From an uncultured virus (IMG/VR IMGVR_UViG_3300044655_001510) (lineage: Duplodnaviria > Heunggongvirae > Uroviricota > Caudoviricetes), in IMG/VR virus record IMGVR_UViG_3300044655_001510: a DNA stretch of 64,000 bases; one strand, written 5' to 3'. The notes beneath the pieces are model-generated. The model searched no databases. It was not told the DNA's origin and was given only the letters and a program-made list of their open reading frames with translations. Positions 10,903 to 20,032 of the stretch are shown here, piece by piece; positions within the stretch are counted from its first letter, which is position 1, and every line of letters starts with the position of its first letter. The translations under genes and the position numbers were made by a program.

Positions 10903-11401
10903 TGGTTTCCTCATCTTTTAGATAATTGGCAATAACAGACTCTAAGGTCTCACCTTCTTTAAACTTACTAAAGTCACCGAACAACATACTGTATCTTAGC
11001 TCTACATCTGGGTTTTCTTTAAACATCTCGTACTCACGAACTGCACTACGGATATTATGTAGTTTCTTATTAACCTTCTGCTTGGCTGGGTAAAGTCGTT
11101 CTTTAATGATATCAGACAACTTCAATGCCACTAAGTCAGGTTTTTCCAGATAACTATTGAATAACTCTCTTGTGGCTTGTCTAGTATCATCGGTACGAAC
11201 CCAGTCAATGAAAATGTTATTAATGACTATCAGCCCAACATTCTCGTGCTCCTCGAACAAGTAATAATTACCAGTAGGTCCATCAAAGTTCTCGTATGAC
11301 TGAACTGGATCCCCTAATGAATACCCGTGTAGCAAGCAATCTAATTGCTTGGTTTGTATTTCTTCGTTATCTTCTATATAAAAGCTGTCAAACATTCCCA
11401 T
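10895..11401 (-). CDS. Hypothetical phage protein (MGMFD..QTK.LDC type)
   Basis: 168-aa ORF overlapping the ligase start. Confidence 0.7.
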   Translation of the reverse strand: MGMFDSFYIEDNEEIQTKQLDCLLHGYSLGDPVQSYENFDGPTGNYYLFEEHENVGLIVINNIFIDWVRTDDTRQATRELFNSYLEKPDLVALKLSDIIKERLYPAKQKVNKKLHNIRSAVREYEMFKENPDVELRYSMLFGDFSKFKEGETLESVIANYLKDEETNE

Positions 11402-11639
11402 CGGATTATCTCTCGTTAATTGGTTAAAAGGTTATTCTTCCCAAACGAAGTAAATGAAGCAAACAGTAATCATGAATGCTATAGCCAAGGTTACGTCACG
11501 TGGTAAATCTGGATCCATTGGTATTCTCCTTTAGGAAGTGATGCAGATAGTAACTGCAAATAGATATGATGTCAACTAGTATTTAATTGAACTGATTAAT
11601 GAACCCACCAGATTTTGGACGTAACTGTCCATTTGAAAG

Positions 11640-12060
11640 AATAATACTAAAAGATAACTTAAAGATGATTGTCTTATAGATGATGTCGATTACTAAAAGA
11701 TGATTGTCTTATAGATGATGTTTATATCTGATCTATTATCTTTTAGTTATGATGTTCTTATTGATGTTTATATTAATGGTCTTATAGATGATGTTATTAA
11801 TGATCTTATAGTTGAGTTATTAATGAATTATCTTTTAGAGTTAAAATGTATGGGTTCGTGGAGTTTATAATGTAGGTGTGCATCTGGTAAAAAGCTAAAA
11901 TGTATGTGCGCGAATGGAAACAGCTATAAGGGAATTATCTTTTAGGTTCAAAATGTATGTGCGCGTGGCTTAAGCAGGTAGGATATAAGGAATTCATTAT
12001 CTTTTAGGATTATCTTATACGCTCCTACAATAATAGATTTAAGATAGAAGCATTAATAGA
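11640..12060. repeat. AT-rich iterated-repeat tract, candidate replication origin
   Basis: Direct repeats AAAGATGATTGTCTTATAGATGATGT x2, AAAATGTATG x3, six CTAAAAGAT sites; no ORF. Confidence 0.45.
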
Positions 12061-12099
12061 TTTAATAATAGAGGCTTTTAATACTGCAGTATGAGGAGC

Positions 12100-12724
12100 G
12101 GAACATCTTAACCAGAAAAACTCGGGCGACTTCTAAGTGTATTTTGGCTATCTTATGTAAAAATAGCCAAAGTGTTCTGCATACAAGTATCGCATCACAG
12201 CAGCAGTAGAGCGTTACAGAGGCGGTCAGCCGGTACCTCGAGCCCAGTCTTATTAATCTGACGGTGGCCATATGAACAACTGCTACCTCATTCATATGAC
12301 GTGGGTTTTCTCAACCCATCTTTAGCCTTTTTTACTAATTTTGCTATAACACAAATGGGTTGTACGAAGGCGTATCCCATAACTCATCTGGCGGGGTAGT
12401 GTGTTATATCTCCGCTGTCAACTTCGGAACTTCCATCCCCTATGATTCAATTAGACTAGGGTTTAAGGGCACGTTATGGTCGCCTATGCACGGCTTTCTT
12501 GACAGTTCTCTCGTCTTTCTATGTCATATCTAGTAATTCGACGAGCATGTTTGGCTGGTGCCTAAAAGATAATTGAGTAATAATAGGAATTAATAGACTT
12601 GGTGTCGATATGGTCTCTAAAAGATAATAGAATAACTGCTTTTGTTGAATATAGACTTGGTGTCGGTAAGATTTGAGATGGTCTCTGTAAACTGCTTTTG
12701 TGTAAACTGCTTTTGTGTAAGTTT
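12100..12724 (-). ncRNA. Large structured non-coding RNA, possibly ROOL-like
   Basis: GC-richer non-coding stretch with many perfect stems (12143-12171, 12269-12298, 12303-12319, 12355-12380, 12510-12546) downstream of a sigma70 promoter; boundaries approximate. Confidence 0.5.
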
Positions 12725-12730
12725 TAATCT

Positions 12731-12759
12731 AGTATAGTCTTTATAATGGGGATTGTCAA
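12731..12759 (-). promoter_or_regulatory. Sigma70-type promoter
   Basis: TTGACA-17-TATACT pointing into the non-coding region. Confidence 0.75.
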
Positions 12760-13620
12760 CCTATTTTTCAAGGTATCTCGTTCACTGCTTTTGGGTAATT
12801 TCACAATATAGTTAATTGTATGCTATTTGGATATTAATGTCAACCTTTATTTTCAATTATCTTTTAGGCACAAAAAAGGGCTACCGGAGTAGCCCTTGAA
12901 TTCAAGAAAGATAGTAATATGCATAATAGGTGAGCAGAGCACCACCTAGTATCAAAGTGGTTTGTACTCCAACCACCACTGACAATCCAAATACAACTTC
13001 CTTGTAACGTTTGATTTGTTCAGCTTGATCTTCAATAATATCAAATTGAGTTTGTGACATTTTTAGCCTAATGATGTCAGGATTAATGTAGTAGCTCCAA
13101 CTAAAAACACAGTTGCAACAATGGATAAGTCGTTCATTAACGCATTGATCTGTTTAGTGCCATGTTCTTTCATGCTATCAACCCCGATAATACCCAAAGT
13201 GCAAAGCCAGTTGAGAATAGTAAAACCCATGGGTTTTCTACAACAGTATGCGCAGAAGGTGGTTCTACGGTTGTTTCGCCAGGACCCCAAAGGTAAGGGG
13301 CAGTAGTTGATCGATTTTTGTTCGATGTTTTCATTGTTTGTTTCCTTGTGAGATATAATGGTATTCGATATAGTATTTATTGCTTAAAAGTAGCAATAAT
13401 TGTTTCCAATTTGGAAATAAACTATTAACAAATAGGTTCTTCCATTAAAGCCTCGTGAGCAACTTGGCGAACCTTTCTAAACAGGGCAGCTTCAGCCCAT
13501 TGTAATTCAGTACCAGTACAATAATCAGCAGCATTCAAAGTAGCAATGCCTAGCAAAATGTTACGTAAACGTTGTTCTTCAGTTTTTGGTTCAATATCGT
13601 CAATAAAGTTAGTATTCATG

Positions 13621-13998
13621 TTAATTCTCAACAGTCATAATTTCAAAACCTTCATCGCCTTCGGAGATGAGGATGGTTGCATCAGATAATTTCTCACCTA
13701 ACGCATTAATCAATTCTTCACGGTTACGGCCTTGTGCAAGAAATCTTGGGTTTTCTTTAGTGTAAGCATACAGTTGGCCGTTAACAGTCTCAACAGTAAT
13801 AGCTACTTCGTTCTCGTCGCATTCGTCTTCCTTCTTGACTAACAACTCTTCTATTTTCATGTTCTCCAAGTCATCTACCGTAATACCAAAGTATTCTAAG
13901 ATATCACCAAAGGTTCGAATGCAATACCAATGTGATATAACCCAGCCTAAGACAAAACAACTTGTACCAACTCCAATGTATGACCAGTAATCATCCAT
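13621..13998 (-). CDS. Hypothetical protein
   Basis: AGGAGG RBS; 125 aa. Confidence 0.7.
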   Translation of the reverse strand: MDDYWSYIGVGTSCFVLGWVISHWYCIRTFGDILEYFGITVDDLENMKIEELLVKKEDECDENEVAITVETVNGQLYAYTKENPRFLAQGRNREELINALGEKLSDATILISEGDEGFEIMTVEN

Positions 13999-14013
13999 CT
14001 AACCTCCTATATT

Positions 14014-14343
14014 TTAAAATTTAAACTTGTCTTCGAAGTAAATGAAGACGGTTAGTGTATCGCGTAAAAACTTGTTTGAACAATAGTAACCCAATTTGAT
14101 CAATCTATCCTCAATATAATAAGCATCATCAGGTAAATCCAAGTTTGGTCGATAGATTTCTAAAGTAGCACCAGTCGATACTTCACGATTCTCTTTGAAT
14201 ATATAAACTGTGCAATGTTCTCTACCAGCATCTTTGGCTTTTTCAATTGCCTGTTCTACTTGTTCGAACATAAGTTCTTGATCGGTTTTCTCAACATGGT
14301 TCTTACCCTTGCGGAAAAACTTGCTAAACTTCTCTTTTGCCAT
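14014..14343 (-). CDS. Hypothetical protein
   Basis: AGGAG RBS; 109 aa. Confidence 0.7.
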   Translation of the reverse strand: MAKEKFSKFFRKGKNHVEKTDQELMFEQVEQAIEKAKDAGREHCTVYIFKENREVSTGATLEIYRPNLDLPDDAYYIEDRLIKLGYYCSNKFLRDTLTVFIYFEDKFKF

Positions 14344-14395
14344 CTTGTCTCCTGTTATTCTGATGATTGGTAGTATACCCTATATTTACCGGATG

Positions 14396-14716
14396 TCAAG
14401 AGATTATTCTACATGGTTTTGTTAATCTGCGATATTCCTTGCCCTCTGTGCTGTAGATAATACCCCGATCACAGTGAACCCACGCGGTATCTTGTTGATC
14501 TTCATTTTCGGTTGAAGTCCAACAGAAATGTACAGGTAACGCGATATCAAACTCACGAACACCAGCATACTCAGAACTGGCAGTCCATTCAGCAAATTCT
14601 TCGAATGTAGGTAAACGCCAGCCAGTCATACCATCTACATTCAAGGCAAAGCAATAGACCTTGGCATCCCACCAATTTAAGTATATACAATATTCTTCAG
14701 GGGCGAATTCAATCAT
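14396..14716 (-). CDS. Minimal DUF1566/Lcl-C-like (CLec) domain protein
   Basis: EFAP..AKVYCFALNVDGMTGWRLPT..WTS..PCR. Confidence 0.8.
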   Translation of the reverse strand: MIEFAPEEYCIYLNWWDAKVYCFALNVDGMTGWRLPTFEEFAEWTASSEYAGVREFDIALPVHFCWTSTENEDQQDTAWVHCDRGIIYSTEGKEYRRLTKPCRIIS

Positions 14717-14723
14717 GGGTTGT

Positions 14724-14751
14724 ATTATAACTAAAAGATCAGGGATGTCAA
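14724..14751 (-). promoter_or_regulatory. Sigma70-type promoter with CTAAAAGAT motif in spacer
   Basis: TTGACA-16-TATAAT; ATG only 7 nt after the -10 box (leaderless). Confidence 0.7.
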
Positions 14752-14835
14752 TATATTATTTTTGTGGAATTGGTGAGATGCGAGCACCGCTAGGCTCGAG
14801 CCATAAATACACCATACCAATATGAGAGTAACTAA

Positions 14836-15426
14836 ATGAGAATATCCGAGTTTGTAACAGAAAATACAGTTGAATTATCAAAAGAGCCAGGAACCATGAG
14901 TTTGTGGCATGGTGGAAACTTAACCAGCGACTTAGTCTTAATTCCACAAAAGACTGGTAGATTTGAATACGGTGCTGGTTTATACGCAACTACGCATTAC
15001 GATACTGCCAGAAAATACAGTAAAGGTTCACGTAAACTATATAAGATTACGTTAAGACAAGGCACAGATGCAAATAAATCATATGTTGAACTGGATAAGG
15101 CACTTGGGTTTGTTAACCAATTTGTAACTAAAGCAAAGCGTAAAGAAATTATGCAACAGCTTGAGAAGTACAATAAAAATAACATGATACCAGCGTATGT
15201 ATTCAACAACGTCATCTTAAACGAAAAAGCAATTAAGGCAACCGATACAGTTAATTTAAGTCGGTTCTTTGTTGATAACGGTATCGATTATCTACTCGTA
15301 CCAAATGCATTCGGATGGGGTGAAATGATGGTAGTTATTTTCAACTTACAGAAAATCTCAGACGTGCAACAGATCAAACCAACCGATACGATTGTTGACT
15401 ACGATTTACCAGTAAACTTTAATTAA
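14836..15426 (+). CDS. Putative ADP-ribosyltransferase-fold internal head protein
   Basis: MRISEFVTE N-terminus; LWHGG..GAGLYAT..ARKY motifs; TAAATA upstream. Confidence 0.55.
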   Translation: MRISEFVTENTVELSKEPGTMSLWHGGNLTSDLVLIPQKTGRFEYGAGLYATTHYDTARKYSKGSRKLYKITLRQGTDANKSYVELDKALGFVNQFVTKAKRKEIMQQLEKYNKNNMIPAYVFNNVILNEKAIKATDTVNLSRFFVDNGIDYLLVPNAFGWGEMMVVIFNLQKISDVQQIKPTDTIVDYDLPVNFN

Positions 15427-15455
15427 AAAAGGCACCCGTATCGGTGCCTTATCTT

Positions 15456-15638
15456 TTAGATTACCGAAGCGTAACGAAAAACTTCTTTAGCAGAAAGGTA
15501 TTTACCTTGCAATGGGTCGTAGTAAACAACCTTATCTTGTTTATCTCTGAATGGTCCTTCCATTCCGGTTACAGAACCATATCCATCAATTAGCGATGAT
15601 TTCTTAACATCACGATGTTTAGTATAATGTACGGTCAT
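15456..15638 (-). CDS. Hypothetical phage protein
   Basis: GMEGPF..YYDP..GKYL motif. Confidence 0.6.
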   Translation of the reverse strand: MTVHYTKHRDVKKSSLIDGYGSVTGMEGPFRDKQDKVVYYDPLQGKYLSAKEVFRYASVI

Positions 15639-16420
15639 AAGTCAAAATACCTCATTTGAAAATTACGGTGACTTGGTTCGTGAGGATACCCACGAGGGTT
15701 TGTAATAACGTGGCAGTCACCATGGACCACGTCTAATCCAGAATGCATATGTCCATAAATGAAATAATCAATCCCTTCCATGTATTCGGTCAAATCCGAC
15801 GAGAACAATCCGTTCATGTGGTATTGGTCTTTGTATATTGGATTGATAGTCGCATGTGAAGGTGAATGATGACTCACAACAACTGTCCGGTTCTTAGTAG
15901 TATTTAAGAACTTGTCCAATCCAATCAAGTATTGTTTGTGTAGTTTTAATGCAGTGCTAGGTAAGAACTTACCAGTGCCTTCTTTTATAACACGGAAGTC
16001 CATTAAAGTCTTTGGTGCTAGTAACATGGTTTGTGGATCTTCTCGATTGAAGTCAGTCCAGCACGTACCACCATAAAAATCAATACCTTCTAAGGTAATC
16101 GATTCACAATCTAAAACATGGATATTGGTATACTCAGCCAATGCGCGTTTTAAGTTACCAATACAATTATATTGGGATCCATACAATGAATGATTCCCAG
16201 CAATATAAATGACATGCTTGTACTTAAACGAAATAATCTCGAAAAAGTCAACAAAATCAGTACTAGTAGGATCTGGGTGATTCTGTTGGAATATTAGACT
16301 CGCAGTAGGAACAATATCACCAGCTAATACTAAAATGCTATTTGGAATCGGATGTATAATCCCGTAATCCAATTGGCGATGTTCTAAATGTAAATCTGAT
16401 GCGTAGTATATTCTAGTCAT
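15635..16420 (-). CDS. Calcineurin-like metallophosphoesterase
   Basis: SDLHLE, LAGDI, AGNH, HHSP, GHMH, NPRGY. Confidence 0.9.
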   Translation of the reverse strand: MTRIYYASDLHLEHRQLDYGIIHPIPNSILVLAGDIVPTASLIFQQNHPDPTSTDFVDFFEIISFKYKHVIYIAGNHSLYGSQYNCIGNLKRALAEYTNIHVLDCESITLEGIDFYGGTCWTDFNREDPQTMLLAPKTLMDFRVIKEGTGKFLPSTALKLHKQYLIGLDKFLNTTKNRTVVVSHHSPSHATINPIYKDQYHMNGLFSSDLTEYMEGIDYFIYGHMHSGLDVVHGDCHVITNPRGYPHEPSHRNFQMRYFDL

Positions 16421-16617
16421 TTTCGTACAAAGTAAGCAATTATGTGTGTGAATACAATAATAGATAATAGGTAACCAAACTCATACCAGTGTTTGGTAGG
16501 AATGTTGTAGTGCTGGATTTGATCAATAACCGTGGTTAACATCCATGCTAAACCGTAAGTGAGTGCGACGTAAATTAAGAATTTCATACCGGTATTTAGG
16601 TGGCACTCGCGATTGAT

Positions 16618-16833
16618 TCAACCATCTTTTAGATCTCGCACTGGGACTACTGGCCACATTCTACCACAATTATTTGCCGGGTCGCCTTGATACCAGCATG
16701 CACCAACTGATTCCTGATTAGCGTAGTATTCCGCTTGTGTTGGTAACCGCCAACCATCACCTAAACAAAAACAATACAAAACTGCCTCGTCATAACTTAT
16801 GCCAAATTCTGATGCTTTTCCGATTTCAATCAT
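16618..16833 (-). CDS. Minimal DUF1566/Lcl-C-like domain protein (array 1)
   Basis: MIEIG..YCFCLGDGWRLPT..PVRDLK. Confidence 0.85.
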   Translation of the reverse strand: MIEIGKASEFGISYDEAVLYCFCLGDGWRLPTQAEYYANQESVGACWYQGDPANNCGRMWPVVPVRDLKDG

Positions 16834-17062
16834 CTTTTAGATCTCGTACTGGGATTACTCGATATTTTTTAGTCTCACTGTCATCACGGACTTCACCATA
16901 CCAATATTTCCACGTATTCGTGTAACCAACGATAATGCGTATTTCGTCATACGTCGGTAATCTCCAACCAACATCACCTTCAATATTAAGTGAGAAACAA
17001 TAGAAGATTGCTTCCGCCCACGTCAACTCTGCTTCGTATTCTTTTGGTGCTAGTTCAATCAT
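16826..17062 (-). CDS. Minimal DUF1566/Lcl-C-like domain protein (array 1)
   Basis: Family motifs; 8-nt ATGATTGA overlap. Confidence 0.85.
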   Translation of the reverse strand: MIELAPKEYEAELTWAEAIFYCFSLNIEGDVGWRLPTYDEIRIIVGYTNTWKYWYGEVRDDSETKKYRVIPVRDLKDD

Positions 17063-17288
17063 CTTTTAGATCTCGTACTGGGATAATAGTTCCAAGATTA
17101 GTTAATCGATCACTTCGTTCACCTGGACCGTCAGCATACCAACCGTATATGTTTCTGTTATTGAAAAATTCTTTTTGCGTTGGTAATCTCCAACCAACCT
17201 TACCATCTATATTCAAAGAAAAACAATATAACTTGGCATCCGTATACGTTAATTTTTTGTGATATTCAACAGGTGCTACTTCAATCAT
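17055..17288 (-). CDS. Minimal DUF1566/Lcl-C-like domain protein (array 1)
   Basis: Family motifs; 8-nt overlap. Confidence 0.85.
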   Translation of the reverse strand: MIEVAPVEYHKKLTYTDAKLYCFSLNIDGKVGWRLPTQKEFFNNRNIYGWYADGPGERSDRLTNLGTIIPVRDLKDD

Positions 17289-17532
17289 CTGTTAGATCTC
17301 GTACTGGGATTAACCAATATTTAATTTTATGTGAAATGTTATCAACCGTGTCATTAGAATTCCACATCCCACGAATGCCATGAACTCTTACAACTCGAGT
17401 TTCTTCTAGGGTTGGAATTCGCCAATCCCGTTTACCATCAATGTCCAATAACATAAGATAAAGTCGAAGATTAGTCACCTCGGTTTCTATCCAGTACTCT
17501 TCAGGTGCTACTTCGAGTCTTGGTTCAATCAT
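17281..17532 (-). CDS. Minimal DUF1566/Lcl-C-like domain protein (array 1)
   Basis: Family motifs; 8-nt overlap. Confidence 0.85.
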   Translation of the reverse strand: MIEPRLEVAPEEYWIETEVTNLRLYLMLLDIDGKRDWRIPTLEETRVVRVHGIRGMWNSNDTVDNISHKIKYWLIPVRDLTDD

Positions 17533-17734
17533 CTTTTAGATCTCGTACTGGAGTTACATGCAACGTATGATGATGCATACTAGCACGTTCGTCATAGCAC
17601 CAGTCTGCATACATGGTATGCGTATGGTACTCGTTGATCGATGGTAATCTCCAGCCATCACCTAGACAAAAACAGTAGAATACTGCATCCTCATATGTCA
17701 TCTCACATTCTGATCTTTTACCTATTTCAATCAT
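17525..17734 (-). CDS. Minimal DUF1566/Lcl-C-like domain protein (array 1)
   Basis: Family motifs; 8-nt overlap. Confidence 0.85.
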   Translation of the reverse strand: MIEIGKRSECEMTYEDAVFYCFCLGDGWRLPSINEYHTHTMYADWCYDERASMHHHTLHVTPVRDLKDD

Positions 17735-17939
17735 CTTTTAGATCTCGTACTGGAGTTACCGGCCAAAGACTAACTCCATGACGCAGAAAGTCGTCTTTTA
17801 ACCAACCAATGTGTCCTGGTATGTAACGCGCGGATTCCCCTTCAGTTGGTAATCTCCAGTCATCACCTAGACAAAAACAGTAAAATACGGCATCGGCGTA
17901 GGTCATTCTTGAATTTGTAGTTTCACCTATCTCAATCAT
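17727..17939 (-). CDS. Minimal DUF1566/Lcl-C-like domain protein (array 1)
   Basis: Family motifs; 8-nt overlap. Confidence 0.85.
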   Translation of the reverse strand: MIEIGETTNSRMTYADAVFYCFCLGDDWRLPTEGESARYIPGHIGWLKDDFLRHGVSLWPVTPVRDLKDD

Positions 17940-18193
17940 CTTTTAGATCTCGTACTGGAATAATAACAAGTTCAGGTTCTCCCTGATCCTCAATATAACA
18001 AAGTTCATCTGAAAACCAATAATTACCCATCCAATGGTTTGGGTCACTTGCATCATACACGTAATAAATCCATTCGTCGCTGGTAGGCAATCTCCAACCA
18101 ATCTTATCATCAATCTTCAAAACAAACAAGTACAAATCGATATTGTGGATGGTCGATTTTTTTCCAATACTCTTCCGGTGCTATCTCAATCAT
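17932..18193 (-). pseudogene. Minimal DUF1566-like gene frameshifted at an A7 run
   Basis: MIEIAPEEYW start at 18193 is 1 nt out of frame with LYLFV..WRLPT..PVRDLKDD; A6 restores the frame. Confidence 0.7.
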
Positions 18194-18458
18194 CTTTTAT
18201 ATCTCGTACTGGGATTAACAAAAACTTGGATCCAACTCGAGTATACCATTCTTCATCCAACGAATCTGCGGTAGTCCAAGGTTCTCGACTGTGAGATATA
18301 TCATTTGTGGGAGGGATTTCATTAATCCAAACATGCAGATCATAATCACTTGGTAATCTCCAATCCTGTTTGCCATCAATCGTCAAAACAAACAAATACA
18401 GCTTGATTTCTTGCCACGTACATTCAACCCAGTATTCTTCAGGTGCTATCTCAATCAT
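18186..18458 (-). CDS. Minimal DUF1566/Lcl-C-like domain protein (array 1)
   Basis: Family motifs; near-duplicate of the next gene. Confidence 0.85.
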   Translation of the reverse strand: MIEIAPEEYWVECTWQEIKLYLFVLTIDGKQDWRLPSDYDLHVWINEIPPTNDISHSREPWTTADSLDEEWYTRVGSKFLLIPVRDIKDD

Positions 18459-18708
18459 CTTTTATATCTCGTACTGGGATTAACAAAAACTTGGATCCAA
18501 CTCGAGTATACCATTCTTCATCCAAAGTATCCGTAATTGTCCATCGTTCAGCCTTGATATTCGGTATGCTAACAAACCAATCCTCTTGTTCCTCTTCGGT
18601 TGGTAATCTCCAATCCTGCTTACCATCAATAGTCAATACAAACAAATACAGCTTGATTTCTTGAAACGTACATTCAATCCAGTATTCTTCAGGTGCTAGT
18701 TCAATCAT
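18451..18708 (-). CDS. Minimal DUF1566/Lcl-C-like domain protein (array 1)
   Basis: Family motifs. Confidence 0.85.
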   Translation of the reverse strand: MIELAPEEYWIECTFQEIKLYLFVLTIDGKQDWRLPTEEEQEDWFVSIPNIKAERWTITDTLDEEWYTRVGSKFLLIPVRDIKDD

Positions 18709-18919
18709 CTTTTAAATCTCGTACTGGCATGACTCTATAAACATCAGAACGATTCCGCCATGGATCATCTTGATACCAACCCAGTAAATTGTGGTTTTCG
18801 AATTCGTCAGCTGTTGACAATCTCCATCCATCACCTAAACAAAAGCAATACATAACCGCCTCGTCATAGGTCATTTTGAATGTTGATCGTTCACCGATTT
18901 CAATTTTTGGTTTAATCAT
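18701..18919 (-). CDS. Minimal DUF1566/Lcl-C-like domain protein (array 1)
   Basis: Family motifs. Confidence 0.85.
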   Translation of the reverse strand: MIKPKIEIGERSTFKMTYDEAVMYCFCLGDGWRLSTADEFENHNLLGWYQDDPWRNRSDVYRVMPVRDLKDD

Positions 18920-19127
18920 ATTTTAAGTCTCGTACTGGGATTACATGCCAACATAGATTACGGTTAGTTTGGTCATTAAAGTTCCAAACAAAGTCTACAT
19001 TGCCGTCGAATTCTTCAATGGTTGGTAATCTCCAGCCAATCTTACCATTAACGTTTAATGAAAAACAATACATAACCGCCTCGTCGTATGTCATTCTTGC
19101 ATCTGTTGTTTCACCTATCTCAATCAT
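18912..19127 (-). CDS. Minimal DUF1566/Lcl-C-like domain protein (array 1)
   Basis: Family motifs. Confidence 0.85.
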   Translation of the reverse strand: MIEIGETTDARMTYDEAVMYCFSLNVNGKIGWRLPTIEEFDGNVDFVWNFNDQTNRNLCWHVIPVRDLKYD

Positions 19128-19434
19128 CTTTTAGATCTCGTACTGGTCTAACTAAGTTATCGTCATAACCCTTATTCTCAGGCGATGACTTGTAATCCAT
19201 ACCTTGTCGATTAAAATCTACATCAATAGCATACCCAATGTCACCTTCTTCACATGACCAGTAATACCATCTAGCAAAATCGCATCCGGGCATAGCCCAG
19301 ATACTATTCAACTCCTTAACAGTTGGCAACCTCCAACCAGTTTTACCATCTATGTTGAGAGCAAAACAATACAAACGGGCATCATCCCAGCTTGATCGTA
19401 TTTCATACTCTTTTGGTGCTATCTCAATGTTCAT
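19120..19434 (-). CDS. DUF1566/Lcl-C-like domain protein (array 1)
   Basis: SWDDARLYCFALNIDGKTGWRLPTVKEL..YYWS..VRPVR. Confidence 0.85.
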   Translation of the reverse strand: MNIEIAPKEYEIRSSWDDARLYCFALNIDGKTGWRLPTVKELNSIWAMPGCDFARWYYWSCEEGDIGYAIDVDFNRQGMDYKSSPENKGYDDNLVRPVRDLKDD

Positions 19435-19703
19435 GGTTTGTCTCTCACTGGAATTAACTTGTAGTTTGAAAATCCATGTTTAGTATGTTCGTTAAAATAT
19501 AGAACAGCTTCACTGTACCAAACAAGTTCACCGGATTGCCAACATATGCCTTTTAATTGGGTGAGTTCATAGTTAGTGGGCACCCGCCAGTCTGTTTTAC
19601 CATCAATATTCAACGAGAACAGGTAAAGACGGATTTCCTCATGCGACATACAATTCCAGTATTTTTCTGGTGCGAGTTCAAATTTTATGTCTAGTCTTGC
19701 CAT
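19431..19703 (-). CDS. Minimal DUF1566/Lcl-C-like domain protein (array 1)
   Basis: Start MARLDIKFELAP coupled by TAATG. Confidence 0.8.
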   Translation of the reverse strand: MARLDIKFELAPEKYWNCMSHEEIRLYLFSLNIDGKTDWRVPTNYELTQLKGICWQSGELVWYSEAVLYFNEHTKHGFSNYKLIPVRDKP

Positions 19704-19975
19704 TATAAGTCTCTTACTGGTATGGTTATAAACAGCGGATCTTTCCACTCATTTAATTTGTCTGGTGTAACGCAATCTAAGTCTTCCAGCAGCCAGTAAT
19801 CAGAAAAGAATTGCTTGTATTCTGATGTAAAGTCGTATATCTCGTGAAGCCATTCATCTCTCGTGGGAAATCTCCAGCCTGCCTTGTTATCGATTAACAG
19901 TGAAAACAAATATAACCTAGCATCATTAAATTCGAGTTTTTTCCAGTATTCTTCAGGTGCTATTTCAATTGCCAT
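19703..19975 (-). CDS. Minimal DUF1566/Lcl-C-like domain protein (first of array 1)
   Basis: Start MAIEIAPEEYW after AGGA RBS and sigma70 promoter. Confidence 0.85.
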   Translation of the reverse strand: MAIEIAPEEYWKKLEFNDARLYLFSLLIDNKAGWRFPTRDEWLHEIYDFTSEYKQFFSDYWLLEDLDCVTPDKLNEWKDPLFITIPVRDL

Positions 19976-20003
19976 GCTTGTTCCTATATTGAATTTTTGA
20001 CGT

Positions 20004-20032
20004 ATTGTACTTAGAGATTGGTTGGATGTCAA
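20004..20032 (-). promoter_or_regulatory. Sigma70-type promoter driving array 1
   Basis: TTGACA-17-TACAAT. Confidence 0.75.

Noticed and set aside
12062..12295. 77-aa ORF inside the structured region
   Set aside because: No RBS, atypical composition, overlaps multiple RNA-like stems
17040..17080. Similarity of junction words (GTACGAG, AGCACC) to arms of the GCGAG hairpin
   Set aside because: Matches of 6-7 nt are explained by the encoded VR/AP residues; insufficient evidence
16618..19975. CRISPR array suggested by ~30-bp repeats at regular intervals
   Set aside because: The intervening segments are 180-290 bp, homologous to each other and protein-coding; no cas genes
16618..19975. Classical integron attC sites between cassettes
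   Set aside because: Junctions are not palindromic, lack the RYYYAAC..GTTRRRY arrangement, and no integrase is present in the window
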